Positions 46,473-56,310 of a DNA stretch of 64,000 nucleotides are shown here, one piece after another; the stretch's first letter is position 1, and every line of letters begins with the position of its first letter. The notes beneath the pieces are model-generated. The model was given only the letters and a program-made list of their open reading frames with translations. It searched no databases and was not told the DNA's origin. The translations under genes were made by a program, and so were the position numbers. Location: contig CAVZJB010000016.1 of NCBI GenBank assembly GCA_963775425.1, positions 416,001 to 480,000 on the forward strand, read 5' to 3'. This stretch comes from an uncultured delta proteobacterium. GTDB taxonomy: Bacteria > Myxococcota > UBA727 > VGSZ01.

Positions 46473-48973
46473 GCGGTGGTGCCCGCGACGACGACGGGGT
46501 CGACGTAGGCCGGCAGCGGCACCGAGCCGGCCGCGGGCGCGAGCACGGTCCAGGTGGTGCCGCCGTCGAAGACGAGCACCGACAGCGCGTCGGCGCCGGG
46601 GACGCCGGGCACCACCACGCTCTGCGCGCCGGCGACGGGCACGCCGTCGAGGACGAACGCGCCCGCGGGCGGCGCGAGCAGCGGCCCCGCGTCTACGAGC
46701 GGCGCGAAGCCCGCGCCCGCGCGCGCCACCACCGCGCTGGTGGTCGCGGGATCGCCGGTGACGGCGTGCACCGTGCACGTCCGCGGCGCGCCGGGGACGC
46801 CGGCCGGCGCGCCGACGACCTTCACCTGCTCGCCGGCGTCCGAGCCGACGAGCGCGGCGATGCCGAGCGGCAGGAAGCCGTTGGGCAGCTCCACGCCGCA
46901 CACGGCGAGCGCGCGCGCGTCCGCGCCCTGCGGCGGCGCCGACGTCTTCACGCCGACGCGCTCGCTCGGACCTGTCTCCGGGGCCACCGAGATCTCGGGG
47001 AACGACTGATAGTCCGGCACCAGCTCCGTGGTGTTGCCGTCGCCGTCGATGTCGCCGTCGTCGACGACGAGCGGCAGCGCCTCGAGCACGCCGGCGGCGG
47101 CGAGCTTGATGTCCATGCCCTCCGCCTGCGCGGCGAAGTCGAGCGCCGTGCTCGTGGCCGTGCCGCCGAAGGCCACGTTCAAGAGGAACTGCTGCGCGAA
47201 GCGCCCTTCGTAGGCGAGCGCCGTCGACGGTCCGGCGGCGGCGACGTCGAAGGCCTCGGGCTTGACGTCCTGGAAGCCCGACAACGGCAAGGTGGCGTCC
47301 ATGATCGACGACGCCGGCAGCGTGATCGGGAGCGCGCCGATGACGGCGACGGTCACCGCGCCGGGGAACGGGCCGCCCATGACGTTTTCGAGCGACGCGT
47401 CGAGCGGCGAGGAAAGCTCGGGGAGCGCGAGCGCGAGCCCGATGTCGCCGAGCTCGTCGCCGGTGCCGTTGACGAGCGCGCGAAAGCCCGCGGCGCCGTC
47501 CTGCGACACCGCGGCGGCGAGCGGCACGAACAGCGCGCCGGGCGCGGCGTCGACGAGGACGAAGCCGCGGCCGTCGTCCGTGCGCACGCCGACGGCGCCG
47601 CCGGTGAACGACGCGTCCGAGAACAGGCCGCCGGCGCCGGTGACGCCGACCTCGGCGTCGTCGAGGAACACGTGCGCGCCCTCGAGCGCTGCGCCGGTGG
47701 CGGCGTCGTAGGCGACGACGTCGAGGGCGCCGCCGGAGGTGAGGCAGCGGACCGTGACGTCGACGTGGGCCGCGTTTGCGCTGCCGCCGACGACGGCGAC
47801 GGTGGCGGTGCCGGCGGCGTCACAGGTGACGCTGCCGCGCCCCTGGTCGTCGACGGAGGCCGACAGGCCCGCGCCGTCCGGCGTGGCGCTGAGCGCGGCG
47901 AGCACCGGCGCGCCGTCGTCGCCGAAGCCCTGGGCGTACAGCGGCACCACGGCGCCGACGAGCGCCGGCACCGCGCACGCGCCCGCGCCCTGCGCGAAGC
48001 ACGCGCCGAGCGGTGTGCGCACCACGACGACGGCGGCGTCCTCGCTCTCGGGGGCGGCGGCGCAGCGGCCGCCGTTGCAGACCTCGCCGGCGTCGCAGTC
48101 GGCGGCGGTGCGGCAGGCGGGGGCGGCGACGCAGCGGCCGGCGACGCACTCGTCGCCGTCGGCGCAGTCGGCGCCGGTGTCGCAGGGCACCGGATCGCGG
48201 CAGTGCTGGGTGACGCACAGGCCGAGGCCGCAGTCGCCGTCGACGGTACACGCCGGGCGCTCCTCGCAGCGGCCGAGGTCGTTGCATTGGAAATTCGCGT
48301 CGAAGCAGTCGGCGTTGACGGCGCACGGGGTGAACTGCTCGCAGCGGCCGGCGTTGCAGAAGTGGTTGCCGGGGCCGGTGCAGTCCTCGTCGACGCTGCA
48401 CTGCGGGTCGACGCACGTGTTCTGCTCGCAGATGCCGCCGAGGATGCAGGTGGTGTCGTTGAGGCAGCGCTGCAGGCACTGCCCGTCGACGCACGTCGCG
48501 AGGTTGAAGCCGCCGACGGCGGGGCAGTCGGCGTCGCTCGTGCAGGCGGCCCGGCAGCTCCCGTTGTTGCAGATCTGATCGGAGGCGCAGTCGCCGTCGG
48601 CGAAGCAGGGCACGTTCTGCGCGCACTGGCCGTTGTCGCAGATGCGGGTGCCGCACTGGGCGTCGATGGCGCACGAGGCGAAGCCGCAGCTGCCGTCGTC
48701 GGTGTTGCAGACGCGACCGTCGGCGCTGCCGTCGAGGACGCAGTCGCTGTCCTGCGTGCACGGCGGCGGCGGCGGCGGAGGAGGCGTGACGAGGGTGCAG
48801 ACGCCGGCCTTGCAGGTGAGGCCGTCGGCGCACGGCGCCTCGGTGCACGCGTCGCCTGCGAGCCCCACGGGGCGGCACGCCGCCGCCGCGAGGAGCAGCG
48901 CGAGCGCCGCACCGACCTTCGCGGGGAGCGCGGCCTCGTGGCGCGCGCGGCCGGGTCTTTCGCGGTGCATCAC
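46382..48973 (-). CDS. Large Cys-rich repeat lipoprotein
   Basis: Lipobox AAAAC; ~10 CxxDxDC..C..GxC repeats followed by beta-rich domains; start overlaps the sppA stop. Confidence 0.75.
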   Translation of the reverse strand: MMHRERPGRARHEAALPAKVGAALALLLAAAACRPVGLAGDACTEAPCADGLTCKAGVCTLVTPPPPPPPPCTQDSDCVLDGSADGRVCNTDDGSCGFASCAIDAQCGTRICDNGQCAQNVPCFADGDCASDQICNNGSCRAACTSDADCPAVGGFNLATCVDGQCLQRCLNDTTCILGGICEQNTCVDPQCSVDEDCTGPGNHFCNAGRCEQFTPCAVNADCFDANFQCNDLGRCEERPACTVDGDCGLGLCVTQHCRDPVPCDTGADCADGDECVAGRCVAAPACRTAADCDAGEVCNGGRCAAAPESEDAAVVVVRTPLGACFAQGAGACAVPALVGAVVPLYAQGFGDDGAPVLAALSATPDGAGLSASVDDQGRGSVTCDAAGTATVAVVGGSANAAHVDVTVRCLTSGGALDVVAYDAATGAALEGAHVFLDDAEVGVTGAGGLFSDASFTGGAVGVRTDDGRGFVLVDAAPGALFVPLAAAVSQDGAAGFRALVNGTGDELGDIGLALALPELSSPLDASLENVMGGPFPGAVTVAVIGALPITLPASSIMDATLPLSGFQDVKPEAFDVAAAGPSTALAYEGRFAQQFLLNVAFGGTATSTALDFAAQAEGMDIKLAAAGVLEALPLVVDDGDIDGDGNTTELVPDYQSFPEISVAPETGPSERVGVKTSAPPQGADARALAVCGVELPNGFLPLGIAALVGSDAGEQVKVVGAPAGVPGAPRTCTVHAVTGDPATTSAVVARAGAGFAPLVDAGPLLAPPAGAFVLDGVPVAGAQSVVVPGVPGADALSVLVFDGGTTWTVLAPAAGSVPLPAYVDPVVVAGTTAYRLGAPPPSVLSAALGSVDDVAAAVATSP

Positions 48974-50949
48974 GGGCGCACCTCCATCGGCGGCGCCTCG
49001 AGGACGCCGGCGCTCTCCGCGTGCGCCGCCTGCACCAACGCCCGCGCCGCGCGCAGCACCGCGGGGCTCGGGCGCACGACGGCCTCGGTGTCGAGGTCGT
49101 CGCTGTTGTCCCCGGGCGCGCCGCGCAGTTGCGCGAGGATCTCCTCGAGCGTCGAGCGGCGCTTGGGGAACGGGCGCAGGCGGACCGCTGCGCCCTTGGG
49201 CGCGCCCGCCAGCTCGCGCGCGGCGTCCACCGCGGCCATGAAGCCACCGAGCTCATCGACGAGGCCGCGCTCCTTGGCGTCGGCGCCGGTCCACACGCGC
49301 CCGTGCGCGAGCGCCTCGAGCTTGTCGTAGTCCATCTTGCGGGCGTCGGCGGCCTTCTTGGTGAAGTCGAGATAGATGCGATCGAGCGTGTGCTCGAGGT
49401 TCTGCTCCGCCGCCTCGCTGTACGGCACATCGTTTGAGTAGTTGGAGACGTCGATGTCGGGGGACGCCGCCAGCGGCTCGAAGTTGACGCCGAGCTTCTG
49501 CCACATCTGCGCCGTGACCATCTTGCCCGCGAACACGCCGATGCTCCCCGTCAGCGTGCCGCGCTCGGCGACGACGCGGTCGGCCGCCATGGACACGAAG
49601 TAGCCCCCCGACGCGGCGAGGTCGCCCATGCTCGCCACCACCTTCTTGCCCTTCTTCTGGGCCTGCTTGATGGCGCGCCAGATGCTGTCGGACGCGACGT
49701 AGCTGCCGCCGGGGCTGTCGACGCGCAGGAGGATCACCTTGACGTCGTCGTCGTCGGCGGCGGCCTTGATGGCCGCGCGCATGCTGTCGCTGCCGAAGCT
49801 CTCGCCGCCGCCGAGCGGGTCGACGCCGTTTTGGCCGCGCGTCACCGAGCCCTTGGCGACGATGAGCGCCACCACCGGTCCGGCGCCCTTGTCCTCGTCG
49901 GAGACGCCGGCGCGCTCGGCGTAGCGGCGCACCCACAAGCGCTCCTCGTCCTTGCCGAAGCGCGCCTTGAGCGACGCCATGACCTCGTCCTTGTACCCGA
50001 GCTTGTCCACGAGCCCCTTGTCGAGCGCCTCCTGCGCCGAGATGGGCCCGCTCTCGACGAGCGCCTTGACCGCCGCCTTGTCGCCGAGCTTGGGCCGCGC
50101 CGCGACGATGTCGTCGATGATCTGCTCTTCGTAGCTCTGCAACATGCGGCCGAGGGCCTCCCGGTGCGCCGGCGTGTACGTGGTCTCCGTGAGCTGGTTG
50201 ACGGCGTTTTTGTACTCCTTGCGCCCGTGCATCTCCGGCTCCACGCCGAGCTTGTCGAGCGCGCCGCGCAGGAACATCGTCTCCGAGAAGACGCCGCCGA
50301 GCCCGACGTCGCCCGACGGCTGGAGCCAGACCTCGTCGAAGGCGGTGGCGAGGTCGTAGGCCCCGAGGCCCGGCGACATCTCGCCGAAGCCCTCGCTCCA
50401 GGCGATGGCCGGCTTGCCCGCGGCGCGGAACGCGAGCACGGACTCGCGCAGCTCCTGCACCGTGGCCAGCGAGTTGCCCGAGCCGACGCGGGCCACCAGG
50501 CCCTTCACGTGCGGATCGGACTTGGCCTTGTCGAGCGCGCGCTCGACGTCGAGGAGGGTCTTCCCGGTCCCGCCGGGCAAAAACGGGATGGGCCCGGCGC
50601 CGGCGGTCTCGTCGAGCGGCTGCTCGAGGTCGATCTCCAAGACGGTGTCGCCGCCGACCGAGGGGGTGCCCCCGATGAAGCACAGGGGCGTGCACATCGC
50701 GAACGCCGCCAGCACGATGACGAGGAGGGCGATGATCCCGCCGCGTGAGCTCTTCTTTTTGGGCGCCGCCTGCGCCGGCCCGGACGTCGCGGGCGACGAC
50801 GCGACCGTGGCCGACCCGTCCGGGGGCGGCGCGCCCGTCGGTGGCGCGCCGGGAGCGGGCGGCTCGGCGGTCGCGGGCGACGACGACGGCGTCGATGAAG
50901 GAGCGGCCGGGGGCGCGTCGGGGTCGGGGCTCGGGGGGTCGGTCGGCAT
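48970..50949 (-). CDS. sppA: Signal peptide peptidase SppA (protease IV, 67-kDa type)
   Basis: TM anchor; YKNAVNQ; RVDSPGGS..S; SMGDLAASGGY; TLTGSIGV; GRVWTG.DA..GLVDELGG. Confidence 0.93.
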   Translation of the reverse strand: MPTDPPSPDPDAPPAAPSSTPSSSPATAEPPAPGAPPTGAPPPDGSATVASSPATSGPAQAAPKKKSSRGGIIALLVIVLAAFAMCTPLCFIGGTPSVGGDTVLEIDLEQPLDETAGAGPIPFLPGGTGKTLLDVERALDKAKSDPHVKGLVARVGSGNSLATVQELRESVLAFRAAGKPAIAWSEGFGEMSPGLGAYDLATAFDEVWLQPSGDVGLGGVFSETMFLRGALDKLGVEPEMHGRKEYKNAVNQLTETTYTPAHREALGRMLQSYEEQIIDDIVAARPKLGDKAAVKALVESGPISAQEALDKGLVDKLGYKDEVMASLKARFGKDEERLWVRRYAERAGVSDEDKGAGPVVALIVAKGSVTRGQNGVDPLGGGESFGSDSMRAAIKAAADDDDVKVILLRVDSPGGSYVASDSIWRAIKQAQKKGKKVVASMGDLAASGGYFVSMAADRVVAERGTLTGSIGVFAGKMVTAQMWQKLGVNFEPLAASPDIDVSNYSNDVPYSEAAEQNLEHTLDRIYLDFTKKAADARKMDYDKLEALAHGRVWTGADAKERGLVDELGGFMAAVDAARELAGAPKGAAVRLRPFPKRRSTLEEILAQLRGAPGDNSDDLDTEAVVRPSPAVLRAARALVQAAHAESAGVLEAPPMEVRP

Positions 50950-50999
50950 GGGGGCGGACCGTACTCCACCCGCGTTGACCTCGCGACGACCGCGCGCGA

Positions 51000-51190
51000 C
51001 GATGTCAGCGGCACGCTGACGGGGTGACGGGAAGGTCGGTGCAAATCCGACGCGGTTCCGCCACTGTGAGCGCGGGCAGGCCCGCCATCGCCACTGGCGT
51101 CTCCGTCGAGGAGCGCTGGGAAGGCGGCGGGCTTCATCGGCTCGAGGTCTCCTCGATCCGGTGCCGCGTGAGCCAGGAGACCGGCCCCGT
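51000..51190 (+). ncRNA. Cobalamin riboswitch
   Basis: GGGAAggtcGGTGCAAATCCgacGCGGttCCGCCACTGTGA..GCCACTGG..GGGAAGG..GAGCCAGGAGACCGGCC (B12 box); upstream TTGACC-N17-GACGAT; precedes btu-like genes. Confidence 0.93.
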
Positions 51191-51281
51191 CCGGAGCGGT
51201 GAAGGACCTGCGGGAAACGGGTCCTCACGTCGTCGTCCCGGCATTTCGCTGGGAGGGCTCCGCGGTGCCTTGGGGCCCCTG

Positions 51282-52451
51282 ATGAACCGAAGGAACGAGA
51301 GTCTCTGGCACGCCCGCGCGTGGGCGAAGAGCGCGGGCCGGGCGACGCGAGCGACGCGGGCGAAGTGCGCAGGCCGGGCGACGTGGGCGACGTGGGTGGC
51401 GGCCGTGGCCGCGGCGGCGACGCTCGCGGGCTGCCCGCCCGACGCCTTCGACACCGGCGAAGGCGAAGGCGAAGGAGAGGGCGACGCCGGCTGCGGCGAC
51501 GACCCCATCCTCGGCAGCCTCGGCGTCGCCGACGGCTTCATCCTCGTTGGCGGCCAGGGGCTCCCCGACAACATCGTGAGCGTCGGCTTGAAGGACCTCG
51601 GCGACGGCTCGCCCGTGGAGCTCATCGGGCTCACGGACGACCTCCACGTCGTCGACCTCGGCGTCTACCCCGGGAGCACGCCCGCGCTCCCCCCCGAGGT
51701 CTTCGACGCCCTCGCCCCCGACGACCAGGGGCTCGCGCGCACCGGCGACGTGTTCCCGAGCTTCCTCGTCGTCGACCGCGCGCTCATCGGCGCCGGTTAC
51801 ACGCGCGCCACGGACTTCGGCGGCTTCGTCGGCGCCTTCAACGCCCTCACCGGCGCCACCAGCTACATCGAGGCGCCGGCGAACTTCGCCGCCGTCACGC
51901 GCGACGACACGCTGTTCATCGAGGCCGCCGGCCTCGGCCCCGCCGCCGGCGGCCTCGGCGTCTACACGGCCGCCGCCGGCGCCGCCTCCTTCTTCGGCGG
52001 CCTCGGCGACGGCGCCGTCGCCAGCGGCAACCTCGCCGTCACGAGCGACGGCGTCCTCGTCGTCGGCCGCTTCGCCGGCGCGGACAACGAGCTGTTCGCC
52101 CTGCCCTCGGCCACCGTGGACGCGGTGCTCGCCGGCGGCGCCGCCCCGGACCTCGACGCGGCCGCGCCGTTGTACACGGGCGCGCTCAACGGCTTCTCCG
52201 CGGGCGTGGTCGGCGTCGGCGCGGGCGTCGCCCTCGTCGACGTCGATCTCACGACGTTCGCGGGCGTGGGCGTGAGCTTCATCGGCCTCGCCGACGGCGC
52301 CACCGTCACCGCCGCGGCGCCGGTGCCCGTGCTCACCGGCGGCAGCGCCGCGTGCACATCGGTGCTCTCCCTGGCGCAGACCGGCGGCGACCTCATCGTC
52401 GGCGTCCACGACGCCGCGGGCGCGCGCCTCGTGCAGGTGCGCAAGCGGTGA
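51282..52451 (+). CDS. B12-regulated lipoprotein with poly-GE linker, probable beta-propeller
   Basis: Lipobox LAGC; GEGEGEGEG; beta-rich repeats; first gene after the riboswitch; exact start uncertain. Confidence 0.7.
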   Translation: MNRRNESLWHARAWAKSAGRATRATRAKCAGRATWATWVAAVAAAATLAGCPPDAFDTGEGEGEGEGDAGCGDDPILGSLGVADGFILVGGQGLPDNIVSVGLKDLGDGSPVELIGLTDDLHVVDLGVYPGSTPALPPEVFDALAPDDQGLARTGDVFPSFLVVDRALIGAGYTRATDFGGFVGAFNALTGATSYIEAPANFAAVTRDDTLFIEAAGLGPAAGGLGVYTAAAGAASFFGGLGDGAVASGNLAVTSDGVLVVGRFAGADNELFALPSATVDAVLAGGAAPDLDAAAPLYTGALNGFSAGVVGVGAGVALVDVDLTTFAGVGVSFIGLADGATVTAAAPVPVLTGGSAACTSVLSLAQTGGDLIVGVHDAAGARLVQVRKR

Positions 52452-54250
52452 GCGCACGAGCGCCCCGGGGCTCGGCGAGGGCGGCAGCCGTCCTCGCCGG
52501 CCTCGCCTGCGCCGGCGCGCTGGCGGCGTCGCGCGCGAGCGCGCAGGAGACCACCGTGGCCGCGCCGCGCCCCGTCGACATCGACGACGACCGCGTCGCC
52601 GTCGACGGCGCCGGCGCCGACCCCGAGGACGTGCTCCTCGAGGCGGCCGGCGCCTCGCTCGTGCACGACGGCGGCCCGCTGTCGCCCGCGCGCCCGATGA
52701 TCCGCGGGCTGTCCGGCGCGCGCCTCGGCGTCGACGTCGGCGGCCTCGATCTGTCGGACCCGAGCACCGGCCTCCTCGACGCCGCCATGCTCCCGTGGAG
52801 CGCCGCGTCCTCGCTCGTCATAGACACCGGCGCCGCGCCGGGCGAGGGCGAGGGCGGCGCGCTCCACCTGTCGCTGTTGCGCGGCCCGGCCTTGCGCGCG
52901 CGCGTCCTCACGGGCTCGCTGTCGACGGCGCGGCTGTCCGTCGCGGCCGCGGGCGCCGACGCACTCGTCGCTTTCGACGCGGGCGTCACCCGCGGCGACT
53001 TCGCCTTTCGGCCGACGAGCGCCGTCGCCGCGCCCGCGGGCTTCGACGCGATCCGCACCGACAACGACCAGCGGCGCGCGTCGCTCCTCGGGGCCGCCCG
53101 GGCGCGCGCCGGCGACGTCGACGTCGACGCGCTCGCCTTCGCCGCCGCCCACGACGGCGGCATCGCGGGCATGGCCACGAGCCCCACCCACGGCCTGCGG
53201 GGCGAGGACGCGCTCGCCGGCGCCCGCGCGGCCTTCGCGACCCGCGCAGCGAGCGGCGCGCGCATCTCCCTCGTCGTCGACGGTCGCGCGTCGCACCGGG
53301 CGACCTTCGGGCCGCAGGCGCCGCGCTCGGCGGTGGAGTCGGCCGGGGGCGCCGTGCAGGCCGGCGTGGCCTCGATGGCGATGGGCACAGCGCACGTCGA
53401 CGTCGACGCCGGCGTCGACGGCGCCTCGCTCGTCGGCGCGGACGCCCCCGGGCGCCTCGGCGCGTCGGCGCGGGTGCGCGCGCGGGCGCCGCTCGGGCCG
53501 GTGCGCCTGCGCGCCGTGCTCGACGGGCGCGCCCTCAGCGACGCCGGGCCGCTGTTTTCCGGCGAGCTGCGCGCCGAGGCCGGCGGGATCCTGCGGGGGT
53601 CCGTCGGCGTCTCGCGGGCGAGCCGCGCGCCCACCCTCGACGAGCTCTACGCCCCGCGTGGCCTGGTGCTCGGCAACCCGGCGCTGAGGCCCGAGGCCGT
53701 CGACGACGTCGAAGCGGCCGTCGCCTTCGCCCCCGGGCGCGTGCTCGAGGCGAAGGCGGTGGGCTTCGCGGGGATGGTCGAGGACGGCATCGCCTACGTG
53801 AACCGCAACGCCTTCGAGATCGCGCCCGAGAACCTCGGGCCGGCGTGGCGCGCCGGCATCGACATTTCGTTGTCTGTCGAACCGTCGCCTTGGTGCGGCC
53901 TCGAGGCCGTGGGCGAGGCGCTCGCGAGCGAGGTCGCCGTCACCCGGGCGCCGCTGCCGCTGGCGCCGCCGTTTTCGTCGCGCATCGCGGTGCGGGCGGG
54001 CCCCCGCGCCGGCGCCCCCGCGCTGACCGCCGTGCTGCGCTCGCGCGGCGCGGCTGCATCAAACGCTTTTGGAACTCTCAAAGCGGCGCCGTACCACCTG
54101 GTGGACCTCCTCCTGCGCTGGCCGCTCGGCGAGCACCTCGCCCTCGGGGCGTCGTTGGACAACGCCCTCGACGCGCGCGACGCCCGCGACGCCAACCAGA
54201 TGCCGTTGCCGGGCCGGCTCTTGTTCTTCTCGCTGGAGGTGCGCGGATGA
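52448..54250 (+). CDS. TonB-dependent receptor (BtuB-like)
   Basis: GTGA coupling; plug IRGLSG; RAPTLDELY..GNPALRPE; C-terminal LDNALD..P.PGR.F.LE. Confidence 0.82.
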   Translation: MSARAPRGSARAAAVLAGLACAGALAASRASAQETTVAAPRPVDIDDDRVAVDGAGADPEDVLLEAAGASLVHDGGPLSPARPMIRGLSGARLGVDVGGLDLSDPSTGLLDAAMLPWSAASSLVIDTGAAPGEGEGGALHLSLLRGPALRARVLTGSLSTARLSVAAAGADALVAFDAGVTRGDFAFRPTSAVAAPAGFDAIRTDNDQRRASLLGAARARAGDVDVDALAFAAAHDGGIAGMATSPTHGLRGEDALAGARAAFATRAASGARISLVVDGRASHRATFGPQAPRSAVESAGGAVQAGVASMAMGTAHVDVDAGVDGASLVGADAPGRLGASARVRARAPLGPVRLRAVLDGRALSDAGPLFSGELRAEAGGILRGSVGVSRASRAPTLDELYAPRGLVLGNPALRPEAVDDVEAAVAFAPGRVLEAKAVGFAGMVEDGIAYVNRNAFEIAPENLGPAWRAGIDISLSVEPSPWCGLEAVGEALASEVAVTRAPLPLAPPFSSRIAVRAGPRAGAPALTAVLRSRGAAASNAFGTLKAAPYHLVDLLLRWPLGEHLALGASLDNALDARDARDANQMPLPGRLLFFSLEVRG

Positions 54251-55392
54251 GCCGTCTGGTCATCGCCGCGCTCGCCGGCTGTCTGGCGAGCTGTCTGGCG
54301 GGCTGTCCCGCCGCGCAGGCGCCGCCCTGCGAGGGCGCGGTGTGCGCCCCTTTTCCGGTGGGATCCTCGCCGAACGACGCCGCGCTCACCACGTGCGACG
54401 GACAGCCGGTGGTCGTCGTCACCGAGTCCGGTGACGCGCGCGTGACCACGTACGCCGTCCCCGCCGGCACCGTCGTGGCGAGCGCTGCGCTCCCGGACGT
54501 CTCGGGGAACGCCGCCGACCCCTGGGCCGTCGTCGTCGACGAGACCCATGGCCTGGCCGTCGTCACGCTCAACGGCCAGGACGGGCTCGCGGTCATCGAT
54601 CCGTGCACCGGCCGCGTCGCCTCGAGGGCGGCGGTCAACGGCGTGAGCAAGCCCGAGCCCGTGGTCTTCGACGGCGCCCGCTTCGTCGTCGGCTTCACCA
54701 ACGTCCTCCACACGAGCACGAGCCCCGCCGATCCGCCCGTCGTCGACCCGGGCGTGGTCGCGTCGTTCACCCTGGACGGCGAAGCCCTCGTCGCCGGCCC
54801 CGCCGTCACGCTGCCCTGCAAGAACCCGCAGGGCCTCGTCGTCGACGGCGCCGACGTCTGGGCCTCGTGCAGCGGCCCGCTCGGCCCCGACGGCGCGCTC
54901 CACCAGCGGGCCGTCGAGGACGGCGCCCTCGTGAAGCTCCTCGGCGACGACCTCGCCGTCGGCCGCGTCATCGACGCCGCGCGCCTCGCGCCGGGGACCC
55001 CCGCCGTGCTCGGCGACGCCGTCGTCGCCGGCAGCATCGTCACGCCCGACCTGCTCGCCGCGGGCCCCGGCGACGACACCCTCGCCCCGGTGCTCCACCT
55101 CGAGGGCCCCGACGTCGACTCCATCTTCGAGGTCGCCCGGTGGGACGAGCACACGCTCCTCGTCCCGCAGTTCTCCAAGGACGCGATCTTCGTCGTCGAC
55201 GTCACGGACCCGCTCGCGCCCGTTCAGAGCGACGCGGTCAACGGCGTCGTCCAGGCCGGCCCCGGCGGCGCCGCGTTCCACGGCCTGCTCACGCTCGACG
55301 TGCGCAAGGGCTTCGGCGACGTCGACGCCGCGGCGGTCTTCGCGCTCAGCAGCGAGCTCGCCCCGCTGCGGCTGCACGAGGTGCTGCCGTGA
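54247..55392 (+). CDS. YncE/BtuG-like beta-propeller lipoprotein
   Basis: Lipobox LAGC; VGSSPND, DPWAVVV, KPEPVVF, CKNPQGL blade-like repeats; ATGA coupling. Confidence 0.7.
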   Translation: MSRLVIAALAGCLASCLAGCPAAQAPPCEGAVCAPFPVGSSPNDAALTTCDGQPVVVVTESGDARVTTYAVPAGTVVASAALPDVSGNAADPWAVVVDETHGLAVVTLNGQDGLAVIDPCTGRVASRAAVNGVSKPEPVVFDGARFVVGFTNVLHTSTSPADPPVVDPGVVASFTLDGEALVAGPAVTLPCKNPQGLVVDGADVWASCSGPLGPDGALHQRAVEDGALVKLLGDDLAVGRVIDAARLAPGTPAVLGDAVVAGSIVTPDLLAAGPGDDTLAPVLHLEGPDVDSIFEVARWDEHTLLVPQFSKDAIFVVDVTDPLAPVQSDAVNGVVQAGPGGAAFHGLLTLDVRKGFGDVDAAAVFALSSELAPLRLHEVLP

Positions 55393-56300
55393 CGCCGCCC
55401 GGCGCCGCCCGTCATGCATGCGTGCTCGCCCTCGTGGCGCTCGCGTGCGCGCCGGCGCTCGCCGCTCCGCGGGCGCCCGTGTGGCACCGCGAGGCGCTCC
55501 CGCACGCGCGCCCCGCGGGGGCGCCCAAGCGCATCGTCTCGCTCGCTCCCGTCGTCACCGAGACGCTGTTCCTGTTCGGCGCCGGCGACCGCGTCGTCGG
55601 CGACACGCGCTTTTGCGATCGGCCGGCGGCCGCCAAGGCGGTGCCGAAGGTGGGCGGCTACGTCGACATCAGCCTCGAGCGCGTCCTCGCGCTCGCGCCC
55701 GACCTCGTCGTCGCCATGCCGAGCCTCGGCCAGCGCGAGGTCCTCGATCGCCTGCGCGAGCACGGCGTGCCGGTGCTCGTGGTGTTCGGCGACGACGACG
55801 CCGAGGTCCACGCCATGCTCCGCGGCCTCGGCGACGTCCTCGGCACGCAGGCGAGGGCCGCCGCGGTGGACGCCTCCCTCGACGCGGCCGAGCGCGCGCT
55901 CGCCGCGCTCCACCTGCCGCCCCTGCGCGTCGCCGTCGTCGTCGGCACGGAGCCGCTCGTCGTCGCCGGGCCCCACACCTTCGCCGCGGACGCGGTCACG
56001 CGGACGGGCCTGACCCTCGCCGTGCCGAAGAGCGCGCCTCAGTGGCCGGTGTGGTCGCTCGAGTCCCTCGCCGCCGCGCACGTGGACATCCTCGTCGCCG
56101 CCGAGGGCCCCGACGCCCGCAAGAAGCTCGACGCCCTGGTGACGCGCGCGTTCCCCGCGGGGGCGCGGCCGCTGGTGGTGTCGTCGACGCACGCGCTGCT
56201 CATGCGTCCCGGGCCCGCGCTCGTCGACGACTACCCTGAGCTCGCCCGCGTCCTCGCGGCGGCGGCCAGGACCCGGGAGGCGCCCCCTGGGCCCCGCTAG
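55389..56300 (+). CDS. btuF: Cobalamin ABC transporter periplasmic binding protein
   Basis: PKRIVSLAPVVTETLF..GAGDRVVG.TRFCD.P..VGG..SLERVLAL.PDLV. Confidence 0.85.
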   Translation: MTPPGAARHACVLALVALACAPALAAPRAPVWHREALPHARPAGAPKRIVSLAPVVTETLFLFGAGDRVVGDTRFCDRPAAAKAVPKVGGYVDISLERVLALAPDLVVAMPSLGQREVLDRLREHGVPVLVVFGDDDAEVHAMLRGLGDVLGTQARAAAVDASLDAAERALAALHLPPLRVAVVVGTEPLVVAGPHTFAADAVTRTGLTLAVPKSAPQWPVWSLESLAAAHVDILVAAEGPDARKKLDALVTRAFPAGARPLVVSSTHALLMRPGPALVDDYPELARVLAAAARTREAPPGPR

Positions 56301-56310
56301 CTCCTCAGGC

